NCBI GenBank assembly: GCA_032718475.1
Contig: JAUCBJ010007720.1
Location: 62,001 to 126,000 of the forward strand
DNA length: 64,000 nt
Reading direction: 5' to 3'
Source of the DNA: Nemertoderma westbladi
Taxonomy: Eukaryota > Animalia > Xenacoelomorpha
This document shows, in pieces, positions 1 through 15,600 of the stretch. Both the position numbers and the translations under genes were made by a program. Within the stretch, counting starts at the first letter, position 1. Each line of letters begins with the position of its first letter. The notes under the pieces were generated by a model. The model did not search any database. It had not been told where the DNA came from and saw only the letters and a program-made list of their open reading frames with translations.

Positions 1-610
1 CCAAAATTATACTTCATTCAATGTATGTGGTTTGTAAAATCTATATAAAAGTGTATTTCGCTTTTTCACTGAGCACAATAAACTTGTAAGTGGGGAGGCA
101 TCGCATACTCGTAAGTCTAGGTGAGCCTTTGCATAGAGGTAGAAGTAGTGGAACTAGCCATTCGCCACTTAGCGGCCGACAGAGGAACTTCTGCCTGTGT
201 GTAAAATTTATAAACTGTTAATAGACTACATGTGTACTACGTTGACTTCCATAGATTGAACGACTTATCAGCGTTCACAAATTTCCAATGAGAACGACAA
301 TGACATATGGGTCCGTAAGTTATACCTCTAAGCTCAGGATCACTTTTTGATCCCCCCCAAAGACCCATGATTGATAAGGATCGACCCATATTTGGTGTTT
401 ATTTTGCAATAAATTATTATACATAAACTGTACAATGTTAAAAATAGGTATTTTCCTTCTCTCAATAATTATGTTGGTTGAGGGTAAATCCAAGATCTCG
501 GCACCAGAACCAAATACTGAATCACTTGAACGCAATGTAAGTATAGTGTAAAAGAATTAAATCGTTAATAAAGTACAGCACAGCTATAATATATTAGGTA
601 AACTCCACTC

Positions 611-3600
611 AACACATATCAACCCAGAATAGGCCTATCTGTAAGTGCAACATGTATCAATCCAGAGTAGGCCTATCTGTAAGTACAACATGTATCAATC
701 CAGAGTAGGCCTACCTGTAAGTACAACATGTATCAATCCAGAGTAGGCCTATCTGTAAGTGCAACATGTATCAATCCAGAGTAGGCCTATCTGTAAGTAC
801 AACATGTATCAATCCAGAGTAGGCTTATCTGTAAGTACAACATGTATCAATCCAGAGTAGGCCTATCTGTAAGTACAACATGTATCAATCCAGAGTAGGC
901 CTACCTGTACGTACAACATGTATCAATCCAGAGTAGGCTTACCTGTACGTACAACATGTATCAATCAAGAGTAGGCCTACCTGTAAGTACAACATGTATC
1001 AATCCAGAGTAGGCCTACCTGTAAGTACAACATGTATCAATCCAGAGTAGGCCTACCTGTAAGTACAACATGTATCAATACAGAGTAGGCCAACCTGTAA
1101 GTACAACATGTATCAATCCAGAATAGGCCTATCTGTAAGTACAACATGTATCAATCCACAGTAGGCCTATCTGTAAGTACAACATATATCAATCCAGAGT
1201 AGGCCTACCTGTAAGTACAACATGTATCAATCCAGAGTAGGCCTACCTGTAAGTACAACATGTATCATTCCAGAGTAGGCCTATCTGTAAGTACAACATG
1301 TATCAATCCACAGTAGGCCTATCTGTAAGTACAACATGTATCAATCCAGAGTAGGCCTATCTGTAAGTACAACATGTATCAATCCAGAGTAAACCTATCT
1401 GTACGTACAACATGTATCAATCCAGAGTAGGCCTACCTGTAAGTACAACATGTATCAATCCAGAGTAGACCTACCTGTAAGTACAACATGTATTAATCCA
1501 GAGTAGGCCTATCTGTAAGTACAACATGTATCAATCCAGAGTAGGCCTATCTGTAAGTACAACATGTATCAATCCAGAGTAGGCCAACCTGTAAGTACAA
1601 CATGTATCAATCCGGAGTAGGCCTATCTGTAAGTACAACATGTATCAATCCAGAGTAGGCCTATCTGTAAGTACAACATGTATCAATCCAGAGTAGGCCA
1701 ACCTGTAAGTACAACATGTATCAATCCGGAGTAGGCCTATCTGTAAGTACAACATGTATCAATCCAGAGTAGGCCTATCTGTAAGTACAACATGTATCAA
1801 TCCAGAGTAGGCCCACCTGTAAGTACAACATGTATCAATCCGGAGTAGGCCTATCTGTAAGTACAACATGTATCAATCCAGAGTAGGCCTATCTGTAAGT
1901 ACAACATGTATCAATCCAGAGTAGGCCAACCTGTAAGTACAACATGTATCAATCCAGATTAGACCTATCTGTAAGTACAACATGTATCAATCCAGAGTAG
2001 ACCAACCTGTACGTACAACATGTATCAATCCAGAGTAGGCCTATCTGTAAGTACAACATGTATTAATCCAGAGTAGGCCTATCTGTAAGTACAACATGTA
2101 TCAATCCAGAGTAGGCCTATCTGTAAGTACAACATGTATTAATCCAGAGTAGGCCTATCTGTAAGTACAACATGTATCAATCCAGAGTAGGCCTATCTGT
2201 AAGTACAACATGTATCAATCCAGAGTAGGCCAACCTGTAAGTACAACATGTATCAATCCGGAGTAGGCCTATCTGTAAGTACAACATGTATTAATCCAGA
2301 GTAGGCCTATCTGTAAGTACAACATGTATCAATCCAGAGTAGGCCTATCTGTAAGTACAACATGTATCAATCCAGAGTAGGCCAACCTGTAAGTACAACA
2401 TGTATCAATCCAGAGTAGGCCTATCTGTAAGTACAACATGTATTAATCCAGAGTAGGCCTATCTGTAAGTACAACATGTATCAATCCAGAGTAGGCCTAT
2501 CTGTAAGTACAACATGTATCAATCCAGAGTAGGCCTACCTGTAAGTACAACATGTATCAATCCAGAGTAGGCCTATCTGTAAGTACAACATGTATCAATC
2601 CAGAGTAGGCCTATCTGTAAGTACAACATGTATCAATCCAGAGTAGGCCTACCTGTAAGTACAACATGTATCAATCCAGAGTAGGCCTATCTGTAAGTAC
2701 AACATGTATCAATCCAGAGTAGGCCTATCTGTAAGTACAACATGTATCAATCCAGAGTAGGCCTATCTGTAAGTACAACATGTATCAATCCAGAGTAGGC
2801 CTATCTGTAAGTACAACATGTATCAATCCAGAGTAGGCCTATCTGTAAGTACAACATGTATCAATCCAGAGTAGGCCTACCTGTAAGTACAACATGTATC
2901 AATCCAGAGTAGGCCTATCTGTAAGTACAACATGTATCAATCCAGAGTAGGCCTATCTGTAAGTACAACATGTATCAATCCAGAGTAGGCCTATCTGTAA
3001 GTACAACATGTATCAATCCAGAGTAGGCCTACCTGTAAGTACAACATGTATCAATCCAGAGTAGGCCTATCTGTAAGTACAACATGTATCAATCCAGAGT
3101 AGGCCTATCTGTAAGTACAACATGTATCAATCCAGAGTAGGCCTATCTGTAAGTACAACATGTATCAATCCAGAGTAGGCCTATCTGTAAGTACAACATG
3201 TATCAATCCAGAGTAGACCTATCTGTAAGTACAACATGTATCAATCCAGAGTAGCCTATCTGTAAGTACAACATGTATCAATCCAGAGTAGGCCTATCTG
3301 TAAGTACAACATGTATCAATCCAGAGTAGGCCTATCTGTAAGTACAACATGTATCAATCCAGAGTAGGCCTATCTGTAAGTACAACATGTATCAATCCAG
3401 AGTAGACCTATCTGTAAGTACAACATGTATCAATCCAGAGTAGACCTATCTGTAAGTACAACATGTATCAATCCAGAGTAGGCCTATCTGTAAGTACAAC
3501 ATGTATCAATCCAGAGTAGGCCTATCTGTAAGTACAACATGTATCAATCCAGAGTAGGCCTATCTGTAAGTACAACATGTATCAATCCAGAGTAGGCCTA

Positions 3601-6600
3601 TCTGTAAGTACAACATGTATCAATCCAGAGTAGACCTATCTGTAAGTACAACATGTATCAATCCAGAGTAGACCTATCTGTAAGTACAACATGTATCAAT
3701 CCAGAGTAGGCCTACCTGTAAGTACAACATGTATCAATCCAGAGTAGGCCTACCTGTAAGTACAACATGTATCAATCCAGAGTAGGCCTATCTGTAAGTA
3801 CAACATGTATCAATCCAGAGTAGACCTATCTGTAAGTACAACATGTATCAATCCAGAGTAGGCCTATCTGTAAGTACAACATGTATCAATCCAGAGTAGG
3901 CCTACCTGTAAGTACAACATGTATCAATCCAGAGTAGACCTATCTGTAAGTACAACATGTATCAATCCAGAGTAGGCCTACCTGTAAGTACAACATGTAT
4001 CAATCCAGAGTAGGCCTACCTGTAAGTACAACATGTATCAATCCAGAGTAGGCCTATCTGTAAGTACAACATGTATCAATCCAGAGTAGGCCTATCTGTA
4101 AGTACAACATGTATCAATCCAGAGTAGACCTATCTGTAAGTACAACATGTATCAATCCAGAGTAGGCCTATCTGTAAGTACAACATGTATCAATCCAGAG
4201 TAGGCCTATCTGTAAGTACAACATGTATCAATCCAGAGTAGACCTATCTGTAAGTACAACATGTATCAATCCAGAGTAGGCCAACCTGTAAGTACAACAT
4301 GTATCAATCCAGAGTAGGCCTACCTGTAAGTACAACATGTATCAATCCAGAGTAGGCCTATCTGTAAGTACAACATGTATCAATCCAGAGTAGGCCTATC
4401 TGTAAGTACAACATGTATCAATCCAGAGTAGGCCTATCTGTAAGTACAACATGTATCAATCCAGAGTAGACCTATCTGTAAGTACAACATGTATCAATCC
4501 AGAGTAGGCCTACCTGTAAGTACAACATGTATCAATCCAGAGTAGGCCTACCTGTAAGTACAACATGTATCAATCCAGAGTAGGCCTATCTGTAAGTACA
4601 ACATGTATCAATCCAGAGTAGGCCTATCTGTAAGTACAACATGTATCAATCCAGAGTAGACCTATCTGTAAGTACAACATGTATCAATCCAGAGTAGGCC
4701 TATCTGTAAGTACAACATGTATCAATCCAGAGTAGGCCTATCTGTAAGTACAACATGTATCAATCCAGAGTAGGCCTATCTGTACGTACAACATGTATCA
4801 ATCCAGAGTAGGCCTATCTGTAAGTACAACATGTATCAATCCAGAGTAGGCCTATCTGTAAGTACAACATGTATCAATCCAGAGTAGGCCTATCTGTAAG
4901 TACAACATGTATCAATCCAGAGTAGGCCTATCTGTAAGTACAACATGTATCAATCCAGAGTAGGCCTATCTGTAAGTACAACATGTATCAATCCAGAGTA
5001 GACCTATCTGTAAGTACAACATGTATCAATCCAGAGTAGGCCTATCTGTAAGTACAACATGTATCAATCCAGAGTAGGCCTATCTGTAAGTACAACATGT
5101 ATCAATCCAGAGTAGGCCTATCTGTAAGTACAACATGTATCAATCCAGAGTAGGCCTATCTGTAAGTACAACATGTATCAATCCAGAGTAGGCCTATCTG
5201 TAAGTACAACATGTATCAATCCAGAGTAGACCTATCTGTAAGTACAACATGTATCAATCCAGAGTAGGCCTATCTGTAAGTACAACATGTATCAATCCAG
5301 AGTAGGCCTATCTGTAAGTACAACATGTATCAATCCAGAGTAGGCCTACCTGTAAGTACAACATGTATCAATCCAGAGTAGGCCTACCTGTAAGTACAAC
5401 ATGTATCAATCCAGAGTAGGCCTATCTGTAAGTACAACATGTATCAATCCAGAGTAGGCCTATCTGTAAGTACAACATGTATCAATCCAGAGTAGGCCTA
5501 TCTGTAAGTACAACATGTATCAATCCAGAGTAGGCCTATCTGTAAGTACAACATGTATCAATCCAGAGTAGGCCTATCTGTAAGTACAACATGTATCAAT
5601 CCAGAGTAGGCCTACCTGTAAGTACAACATGTATCAATCCAGAGTAGACCTACCTGTAAGTACAACATGTATCAATCCAGAGTAGGCCTACCTGTAAGTA
5701 CAACATGTATCAATCCAGAGTAGACCTATCTGTAAGTACAACATGTATCAATCCAGAGTAGGCCTATCTGTAAGTACAACATGTATCAATCCAGAGTAGG
5801 CCTACCTGTAAGTACAACATGTATCAATCCAGAGTAGACCTATCTGTAAGTACAACATGTATCAATCCAGAGTAGACCTACCTGTAAGTACAACATGTAT
5901 CAATCCAGAGTAGACCTACCTGTAAGTACAACATGTATCAATCCAGAGTAGGCCTATCTGTAAGTACAACATGTATCAATCCAGAGTAGGCCTATCTGTA
6001 AGTACAACATGTATCAATCCAGAGTAGGCCTATCTGTAAGTACAACATGTATCAATCCAGAGTAGGCCTACCTGTAAGTACAACATGTATCAATCCAGAG
6101 TAGGCCTATCTGTAAGTACAACATGTATCAATCCAGAGTAGGCCTACCTGTAAGTACAACATGTATCAATACAGAGTAGGCCTATCTGTAAGTACAACAT
6201 GTATCAATCCAGAGTAGGCCTACCTGTAAGTACAACATGTATCAATCCAGAGTAGGCCTACCTGTAAGTACAACATGTATCAATCCAGAGTAGGCCTATC
6301 TGTAAGTACAACATGTATCAATACAGAGTAGGCCTACCTGTAAGTACAACATGTATCAATCCAGAGTAGGCCTATCTGTAAGTACAACATGTATCAATCC
6401 AGAGTAGGCCTATCTGTAAGTACAACATGTATCAATCCAGAGTAGGCCTATCTGTAAGTACAACATGTATCAATCCAGAGTAGGCCTATCTGTAAGTACA
6501 ACATGTATCAATCCAGAGTAGATCTACCTGTACGTACAACATGTATCAATCCAGAGTAGGTCTACCTGTAAGTACAACATGTATCAATCCAGAGTAGGCC

Positions 6601-9600
6601 TACCTGTAAGTACAACATGTATCAATCCAGAGTAGGCCTATCTGTAAGTACAACATGTATCAATCCAGAGTAGGCCTACCTGTAAGTACAACATGTATCA
6701 ATCCAGAGTAGGCCTACCTGTAAGTACAACATGTATCAATCCAGAGTAGGCCTATCTGTAAGTACAACATGTATCAATCCAGAGTAGGCCTACCTGTAAG
6801 TACAACATGTATCAATCCAGAGTAGGCCTATCTGTAAGTACAACATGTATCAATCCAGAGTAGGTCTACCTGTAAGTACAACATGTATCAATCCAGAGTA
6901 GGCCTATCTGTAAGTACAACATGTATCAATCCAGAGTAGACCTATCTGTAAGTACAACATGTATCAATCCAGAGTAGACCTACTCTGTAAGTACAACATG
7001 TATCAATCCAGAGTAGGCCTACCTGTAAGTACAACATGTATCAATCCAGAGTAGGCCTATCTGTAAGTACAACATGTATCAATCCAGAGTAGGCCTATCT
7101 GTAAGTACAACATGTATCAATCCAGAGTAGGTCTACCTGTAAGTACAACATGTATCAATCCAGAGTAGGCCTATCTGTAAGTACAACATGTATCAATCCA
7201 GAGTAGGCCTACCTGTAAGTACAACATGTATCAATCCAGAGTAGACCTACTCTGTAAGTACAACATGTATCAATCCAGAGTAGGCCTACCTGTAAGTACA
7301 ACATGTATCAATCCAGATTAGGCCTATCTGTAAGTATAACATGTATCAATCCAGAGTATATCTACCTGTAAGTACAACATGTATCAATCCAGAGTAGGCC
7401 TATCTGTAAGTACAACATGTATCAATCCAGAGTAGACCTATCTGTAAGTACAACATGTATCAATCCAGAGTAGATCCTATCTGTAAGTACAACATGTATC
7501 AATCCAGAGTAGGCCTATCTGTAAGTACAACATGTATCAATCCAGAGTAGGTCTACCTGTAAGTACAACATGTATCAATCCAGAGTAGACCTATCTGTAA
7601 GTACAACATGTATCAATCCAGAGTAGACCTATCTGTAAGTACAACATGTATCAATCCAGAGTAGACCTATCTGTAAGTACAACACATATCAATCCAGAGT
7701 AGGTCTATCTGTAAGTACAACATGTATCAATCCAGAGTAGGTCTATCTGTACGTACAACATGTATCAATCCAGAGTAGGTCTATCTGTACGTACAACACA
7801 TATCAATCCAGAGTAGGTCTATCTGTACGTACAACACATATCAATCCAGAGTAGGTCTATCTGTACGTACAACATGTATCAATCCAGAGTAGGTCTATCT
7901 GTAAGTACAAAATGTATCAATACAGAGTAGACCTATCTGTAAGTACAACATGTATCAATCCAGAGTAGGTCTATCTGTACGTACAACACATATCAATCCA
8001 GAGTAGGTCTATCTGTACGTACAACACATATCAATCCAGAGTAGGTCTATCTGTACGTACAACATGTATCAATCCAGAGTAGACCTATCTGTAAGTACAA
8101 CATGTATCAATCCAGAGTAGGTCTATCTGTACGTACAACATGTATCAATCCAGAGTAGGTCTATCTGTAAGTACAACATGTATCAATACAGAGTAGACCT
8201 ATCTGTAAGTACAACATGTATCAATCCAGAGTAGGTCTATCTGTACGTACAACACATATCAATCCAGAGTAGGTCTATCTGTACGTACAACACATATCAA
8301 TCCAGAGTAGGTCTATCTGTACGTACAACACATATCAATCCAGAGTAGGTCTATCTGTACGTACAACACATATCAATCCAGAGTAGGTCTATCTGTACGT
8401 ACAACATGTATCAATCCAGAGTAGGCCTATCTGTAAGTACAGCATGTATCAATACAGAGTAGGCCTATCTGTAAGTACAAAATGTATCAATACAGAGTAG
8501 ACCTATCTGTAAGTACAACATGTATCAATCCAGAGTAGGTCTATCTGTACGTACAACACATATCATTCCAGAGTAGGTCTATCTGTACGTACAACACATA
8601 TCAATCCAGAGTAGGTCTATCTGTACGTACAACATGTATCAATCCAGAGTAGGTCTATCTGTACGTACAACATGTATCAATCCAGAGTAGGTCTATCTGT
8701 AAGTACAACATGTATCAATCCAGAGTAGGTCTATCTGTACGTACAACACATATCAATCCAGAGTAGGTCTATCTGTACGTACAACACATATCAATCCAGA
8801 GTAGGCCTATCTGTAAGTACAACATGTATCAATCCAAAGTAGACCTATCTGTACGTACAACACATATCAATCCAGAGTAGGCCTATCTGTAAGTACAACA
8901 TGTATCAATCCAGAGTAGGTCTATCTGTACGTACAACATGTATCAATCCAGAGTAGGTCTATCTGTAAGTACAACATGTATCAATCCAAAGTAGACCTAT
9001 CTGTACGTACAACACATATCAATCCAGAGTAGGCCTATCTGTAAGTACAACATGTATCAATCCAGAGTAGGTCTATCTGTACGTACAACATGTATCAATC
9101 CAGAGTAGGCCTATCTGTAAGTACAACACATATCAATCCAGAGTAGGCCTATCTGTAAGTACAACATGTATCAATCCAGAGTAGGTCTATCTGTACGTAC
9201 AACATGTATCAATCCAGAGTAGGCCTATCTGTAAGTACAACATGTATCAATCCAAAGTAGACCTATCTGTACGTACAACACATATCAATCCAGAGTAGGT
9301 CTATCTGTACGTACAACATGTATCAATCCAGAGTAGGCCTATCTGTAAGTACAGCATGTATCAATACAGAGTAGGCCTATCTGTAAGTACAAAATGTATC
9401 AATACAGAGTAGACCTATCTGTAAGTACAACATGTATCAATCCAGAGTAGGTCTATCTGTACGTACAACACATATCATTCCAGAGTAGGTCTATCTGTAC
9501 GTACAACACATATCAATCCAGAGTAGGTCTATCTGTACGTACAACATGTATCAATCCAGAGTAGGTCTATCTGTACGTACAACATGTATCAATCCAGAGT

Positions 9601-12600
9601 AGGTCTATCTGTAAGTACAACATGTATCAATCCAGAGTAGGTCTATCTGTACGTACAACACATATCAATCCAGAGTAGGTCTATCTGTACGTACAACACA
9701 TATCAATCCAGAGTAGGCCTATCTGTAAGTACAACATGTATCAATCCAAAGTAGACCTATCTGTACGTACAACACATATCAATCCAGAGTAGGCCTATCT
9801 GTAAGTACAACATGTATCAATCCAGAGTAGGTCTATCTGTACGTACAACATGTATCAATCCAGAGTAGGTCTATCTGTAAGTACAACATGTATCAATCCA
9901 AAGTAGACCTATCTGTACGTACAACACATATCAATCCAGAGTAGGCCTATCTGTAAGTACAACATGTATCAATCCAGAGTAGGTCTATCTGTACGTACAA
10001 CATGTATCAATCCAGAGTAGGCCTATCTGTAAGTACAACATGTATCAATCCAAAGTAGACCTATCTGTACGTACAACACATATCAATCCAGAGTAGGCCT
10101 ATCTGTAAGTACAACATGTATCAATCCAGAGTAGGTCTATCTGTACGTACAACATGTATCAATCCAGAGTAGGCCTATCTGTACGTACAACACATATCAA
10201 TCCAGAGTAGGTCTATCTGTACGTACAACACATATCAATCCAGAGTAGGTCTATCTGTACGTACAACATGTATCAATCCAGAGTAGGTCTATCTGTACGT
10301 ACAACACATATCAATCCAGAGTAGGTCTATCTGTAAGTACAACATGTATCAATCCAGAGTAGGCCTACCTGTAAGTACAACATGTATCAATCCAGAGTAG
10401 GCCTATCTGTAAGTACTACATGTATCAATCCAGAGTAGACCTATCTGTAAGTACAACATGTATCAATCCAGAGTAGACCTATCTGTAAGTACAACATGTA
10501 TCAATCCAGAGTATATCTACCTGTAACTACAACATGTATCAATCCAGAGTAGGCCTATCTGTAAGTACAAAATGTATCAATACAGAGTAGACCTATCTGT
10601 AAGTACAACATGTATCAATCCAGAGTAGGTCTATCTGTACGTACAACACATATCAATCCAGAGTAGGTCTATCTGTACGTACAACACATATCAATCCAGA
10701 GTAGGTCTATCTGTACGTACAACATGTATCAATCCAGAGTAGGTCTATCTGTACGTACAACATGTATCAATCCAGAGTAGGTCTATCTGTAAGTACAACA
10801 TGTATCAATCCAGAGTAGGCCTACCTGTAAGTACAACATGTATCAATCCAGAGTAGGCCTATCTGTAAGTACTACATGTATCAATCCAGAGTAGACCTAT
10901 CTGTAAGTACAACATGTATCAATCCAGAGTAGACCTATCTGTAAGTACAACATGTATCAATCCAGAGTAGGTCTATCTGTACGTACAACATGTATCAATC
11001 CAGAGTAGGTCTATCTGTACGTACAACATGTATCAATCCAGAGTAGGTCTATCTGTAAGTACAACATGTATCAATCCAGAGTAGGCCTACCTGTAAGTAC
11101 AACATGTATCAATCCAGAGTAGGCCTATCTGTAAGTACTACATGTATCAATCCAGAGTAGGTCTATCTGTAAGTACAACATGTATCAATCCAGAGTAGGC
11201 CTACCTGTAAGTACAACATGTATCAATCCAGAGTAGGCCTATCTGTAAGTACTACATGTATCAATCCAGAGTAGGCCTATCTGTAAGTACAACATGTATC
11301 AATCCAGAGTAGACCTATCTGTAAGTACAACATGTATCAATCCAGAGTAGGTCTATCTGTACGTACAACACATATCAATCCAGAGTAGGTCTATCTGTAC
11401 GTACAACACATATCAATCCAGAGTAGGTCTATCTGTACGTACAACATGTATCAATCCAGAGTAGGTCTATCTGTACGTACAACATGTATCAATCCAGAGT
11501 AGGTCTATCTGTAAGTACAACATGTATCAATCCAGAGTAGGTCTATCTGTACGTACAACACATATCAATCCAGAGTAGGTCTATCTGTACGTACAACACA
11601 TATCAATCCAGAGTAGGCCTATCTGTAAGTACAACATGTATCAATCCAAAGTAGACCTATCTGTACGTACAACACATATCAATCCAGAGTAGGCCTATCT
11701 GTAAGTACAACATGTATCAATCCAGAGTAGGTCTATCTGTACGTACAACACATATCAATCCAGAGTAGGTCTATCTGTACGTACAACACATATCAATCCA
11801 GAGTAGGTCTATCTGTACGTACAACACATATCAATCCAGAGTAGGTCTATCTGTACGTACAACATGTATCAATCCAGAGTAGGTCTATCTGTACGTACAA
11901 CACATATCAATCCAGAGTAGGTCTATCTGTAAGTACAACATGTATCAATCCAGAGTAGGCCTACCTGTAAGTACAACATGTATCAATCCAGAGTAGGCCT
12001 ATCTGTAAGTACTACATGTATCAATCCAGAGTAGACCTATCTGTAAGTACAACATGTATCAATCCAGAGTAGACCTATCTGTAAGTACAACATGTATCAA
12101 TCCAGAGTATATCTACCTGTAACTACAACATGTATCAATCCAGAGTAGGCCTATCTGTAAGTACAAAATGTATCAATACAGAGTAGACCTATCTGTAAGT
12201 ACAACATGTATCAATCCAGAGTAGGCCTATCTGTAAGTACTACATGTATCAATCCAGAGTAGACCTATCTGTAAGTACAACATGTATCAATCCAGAGTAG
12301 ACCTATCTGTAAGTACAACATGTATCAATCCAGAGTATATCTACCTGTAACTACAACATGTATCAATCCAGAGTAGGCCTATCTGTAAGTACAAAATGTA
12401 TCAATACAGAGTAGACCTATCTGTAAGTACAACATGTATCAATCCAGAGTAGGCCTATCTGTAAGTACTACATGTATCAATCCAGAGTAGACCTATCTGT
12501 AAGTACAACATGTATCAATCCAGAGTAGACCTATCTGTAAGTACAACATGTATCAATCCAGAGTATATCTACCTGTAACTACAACATGTATCAATCCAGA

Positions 12601-15600
12601 GTAGACCTATCTGTAAGTACAAAATGTATCAATACAGAGTAGACCTATCTGTAAGTACAACATGTATCAATCCAGAGTAGGCCTATCTGTAAGTATAACA
12701 TGTATCAATCCAGAGTAGACCTATCTGTAAGTACAACATGTATCAATCCAGAGTAGGCCTATCTGTAAGTACAGCATGTATCAATACAGAGTAGACCTAT
12801 CTGTAAGTACAAAATGTATCAATACAGAGTAGACCTATCTGTAAGTACAACATGTATCAATCCAGAGTAGGCCTATCTGTAAGTATAACATGTATCAATC
12901 CAGAGTAGACCTATCTGTAAGTACAACATGTATCAATCCAGAGTAGGCCTATCTGTAAGTATAACATGTATCAATCCAGAGTAGACCTATCTGTAAGTAC
13001 AACATGTATCAATCCAGAGTATATCTACCTGTAACTACAACATGTATCAATCCAGAGTAGACCTATCTGTAAGTACAAAATGTATCAATACAGAGTAGAC
13101 CTATCTGTAAGTACAACATGTATCAATCCAGAGTAGGCCTATCTGTAAGTATAACATGTATCAATCCAGAGTAGACCTATCTGTAAGTACAACATGTATC
13201 AATCCAGAGTAGACCTATCTGTAAGTACAACATGTATCAATCCAGAGTATATCTACCTGTAACTACAACATGTATCAATCCAGAGTAGACCTATCTGTAA
13301 GTACAAAATGTATCAATACAGAGTAGACCTATCTGTAAGTACAACATGTATCAATCCAGAGTAGGCCTATCTGTAAGTACAAAATGTATCAATACAGAGT
13401 AGACCTATCTGTAAGTACAACATGTATCAATCCAGAGTAGGCCTATCTGTAAGTACAACATGTATCAATCCAGAGTAGACCTATCTGTAAGTACAACATG
13501 TATCAATCCAGAGTAGGTCTATCTGTACGTACAACATGTATCAATCCAGAGTAGGCCTATCTGTAAGTACAAAATGTATCAATACAGAGTAGACCTATCT
13601 GTAAGTACAACATGTATCAATCCAGAGTAGGCCTATCTGTAAGTACAACATGTATCAATCCAGAGTATATCTACCTGTAACTACAACATGTATCAATCCA
13701 GAGTAGGCCTACCTGCAAGTACAACATGTATCAATCCAGAGTATATCTACCTGTAAGTATAACATGTATCAATCCAGAGTAGACCTATCTGTAAGTACAA
13801 CATGTATCAATCCAGAGTAGACCTATCTGTAAGTACAACATGTATCAATCCAGAGTATATCTACCTGTAACTACAACATGTATCAATCCAGAGTAGGCCT
13901 ACCTGCAAGTACAACATGTATCAATCCAGAGTATATCTACCTGTAAGTATAACATGTATCAATCCAGAGTAGACCTATCTGTAAGTACAACATGTATCAA
14001 TCCAGAGTAGACCTATCTGTAAGTACAACATGTATCAATCCAGAGTATATCTACCTGTAACTACAACATGTATCAATCCAGAGTAGGCCTATCTGTAAGT
14101 ACAAAATGTATCAATACAGAGTAGACCTATCTGTAAGTACAACATGTATCAATCCAGAGTAGGCCTATCTGTAAGTACAACATGTATCAATCCAGAGTAG
14201 GCCTATCTGTACGTACAACATGTATCAATACAGAGTAGGCCTATCTGTAAGTACAACATGTATCAATCCAGAGTATATCTACCTGTAACTACAACATGTA
14301 TCAATCCAGAGTAGGTCTATCTGTAAGTACAACATGTATCAATCCAGAGTAGGCCTACCTGTAAGTACAACATGTATCAATCCAGAGTAGACCGACCTGT
14401 AAGTACAACATGTATCAATCCAGAGTAGGCCTATCTGTAAGTATAACATGTATCAATCCAGAGTATATCTACCTGTAACTACAACATGTATCAATCCAGA
14501 GTAGGTCTATCTGTAAGTACAACATGTATCAATCCAGAGTAGGCCTACCTGTAAGTACAACATGTATCAATCCAGAGTAGACCGACCTGTAAGTACAACA
14601 TGTATCAATCCAGAGTAGGCCTATCTGTAAGTATAACATGTATCAATCCAGAGTATATCTACCTGTAACTACAACATGTATCAATCCAGAGTAGGCCTAT
14701 CTGTAAGTACAACACATATCAATCCAGAGTAGGCCTACCTGTAAGTACAACATGTATCAATCCAGAGTAGGCCTATCTGTAAGTATAACATGTATCAATC
14801 CAGAGTATATCTACCTGTAACTACAACATGTATCAATCCAGAGTAGGCCTATCTGTAAGTACAACACATATCAATCCAGAGTAGGCCTACCTGTAAGTAC
14901 AACATGTATCAATCCAGAGTAGGCCTATCTGTAAGTACAACACATATCAATCCAGAGTAGGCCTACCTGTAAGTACAACATGTATCAATCCAGAGTAGAC
15001 CGACCTGTAAGTACAACATGTATCAATCCAGAGTAGGCCTATCTGTAAGTACAACATGTATCAATCCAGAGTATATCTACCTGTAACTACAACATGTATC
15101 AATCCAGAGTAGGCCTATCTGTAAGTACAACATGTATCAATCCAGAGTAGGTCTATCTGTAAGTAAAGCATGTATCAATCCAGAGTAGGCCTATCTGTAC
15201 GTACAACATGTATCAATCCAGAGTAGGCCTACCTGTAAGTACAACATGTATCAATCCAGAGTAGGTCTACCTGTAAGTACAACATGTATCAATCCAGAGT
15301 AGGCCTATCTGTAAGTATAACATGTATCAATCCAGAGTAGACCTACCTGTAAGTAATACATGTATCAATCCAGAGTAGGCCTCTCTGTAAGTAAAGCATG
15401 TATCAATCCAGAGTAGGTCTATCTGTAAGTACAACATGTATCAATCCAGAGTAGACCTATCTGTAAGTACAACATGTATCAATCCAGAGTAGACCTATCT
15501 GTAAGTACAACACATATCAATCCAGAGTAGGTCTATCTGTAAGTATAACATGTATCAATCCAGAGTATATCTACCTGTAACTACAACATGTATCAATCCA

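Noticed and set aside
345-510. Minus-strand PBS-like TGGTGCCGAGATCTTGGAT (~488-506) and G7 tract (~352-358) suggesting a miniature LTR element
   Set aside because: Neither is adjacent to a TG...CA terminus and no repeat pair is visible in the window. The 71-aa ORF has no recognisable motif.
6971-7260. TACTCTG variants as perfected palindromes
   Set aside because: They are equally explained as consensus merges of the TACCTG and TATCTG alleles in a suspect assembly zone.
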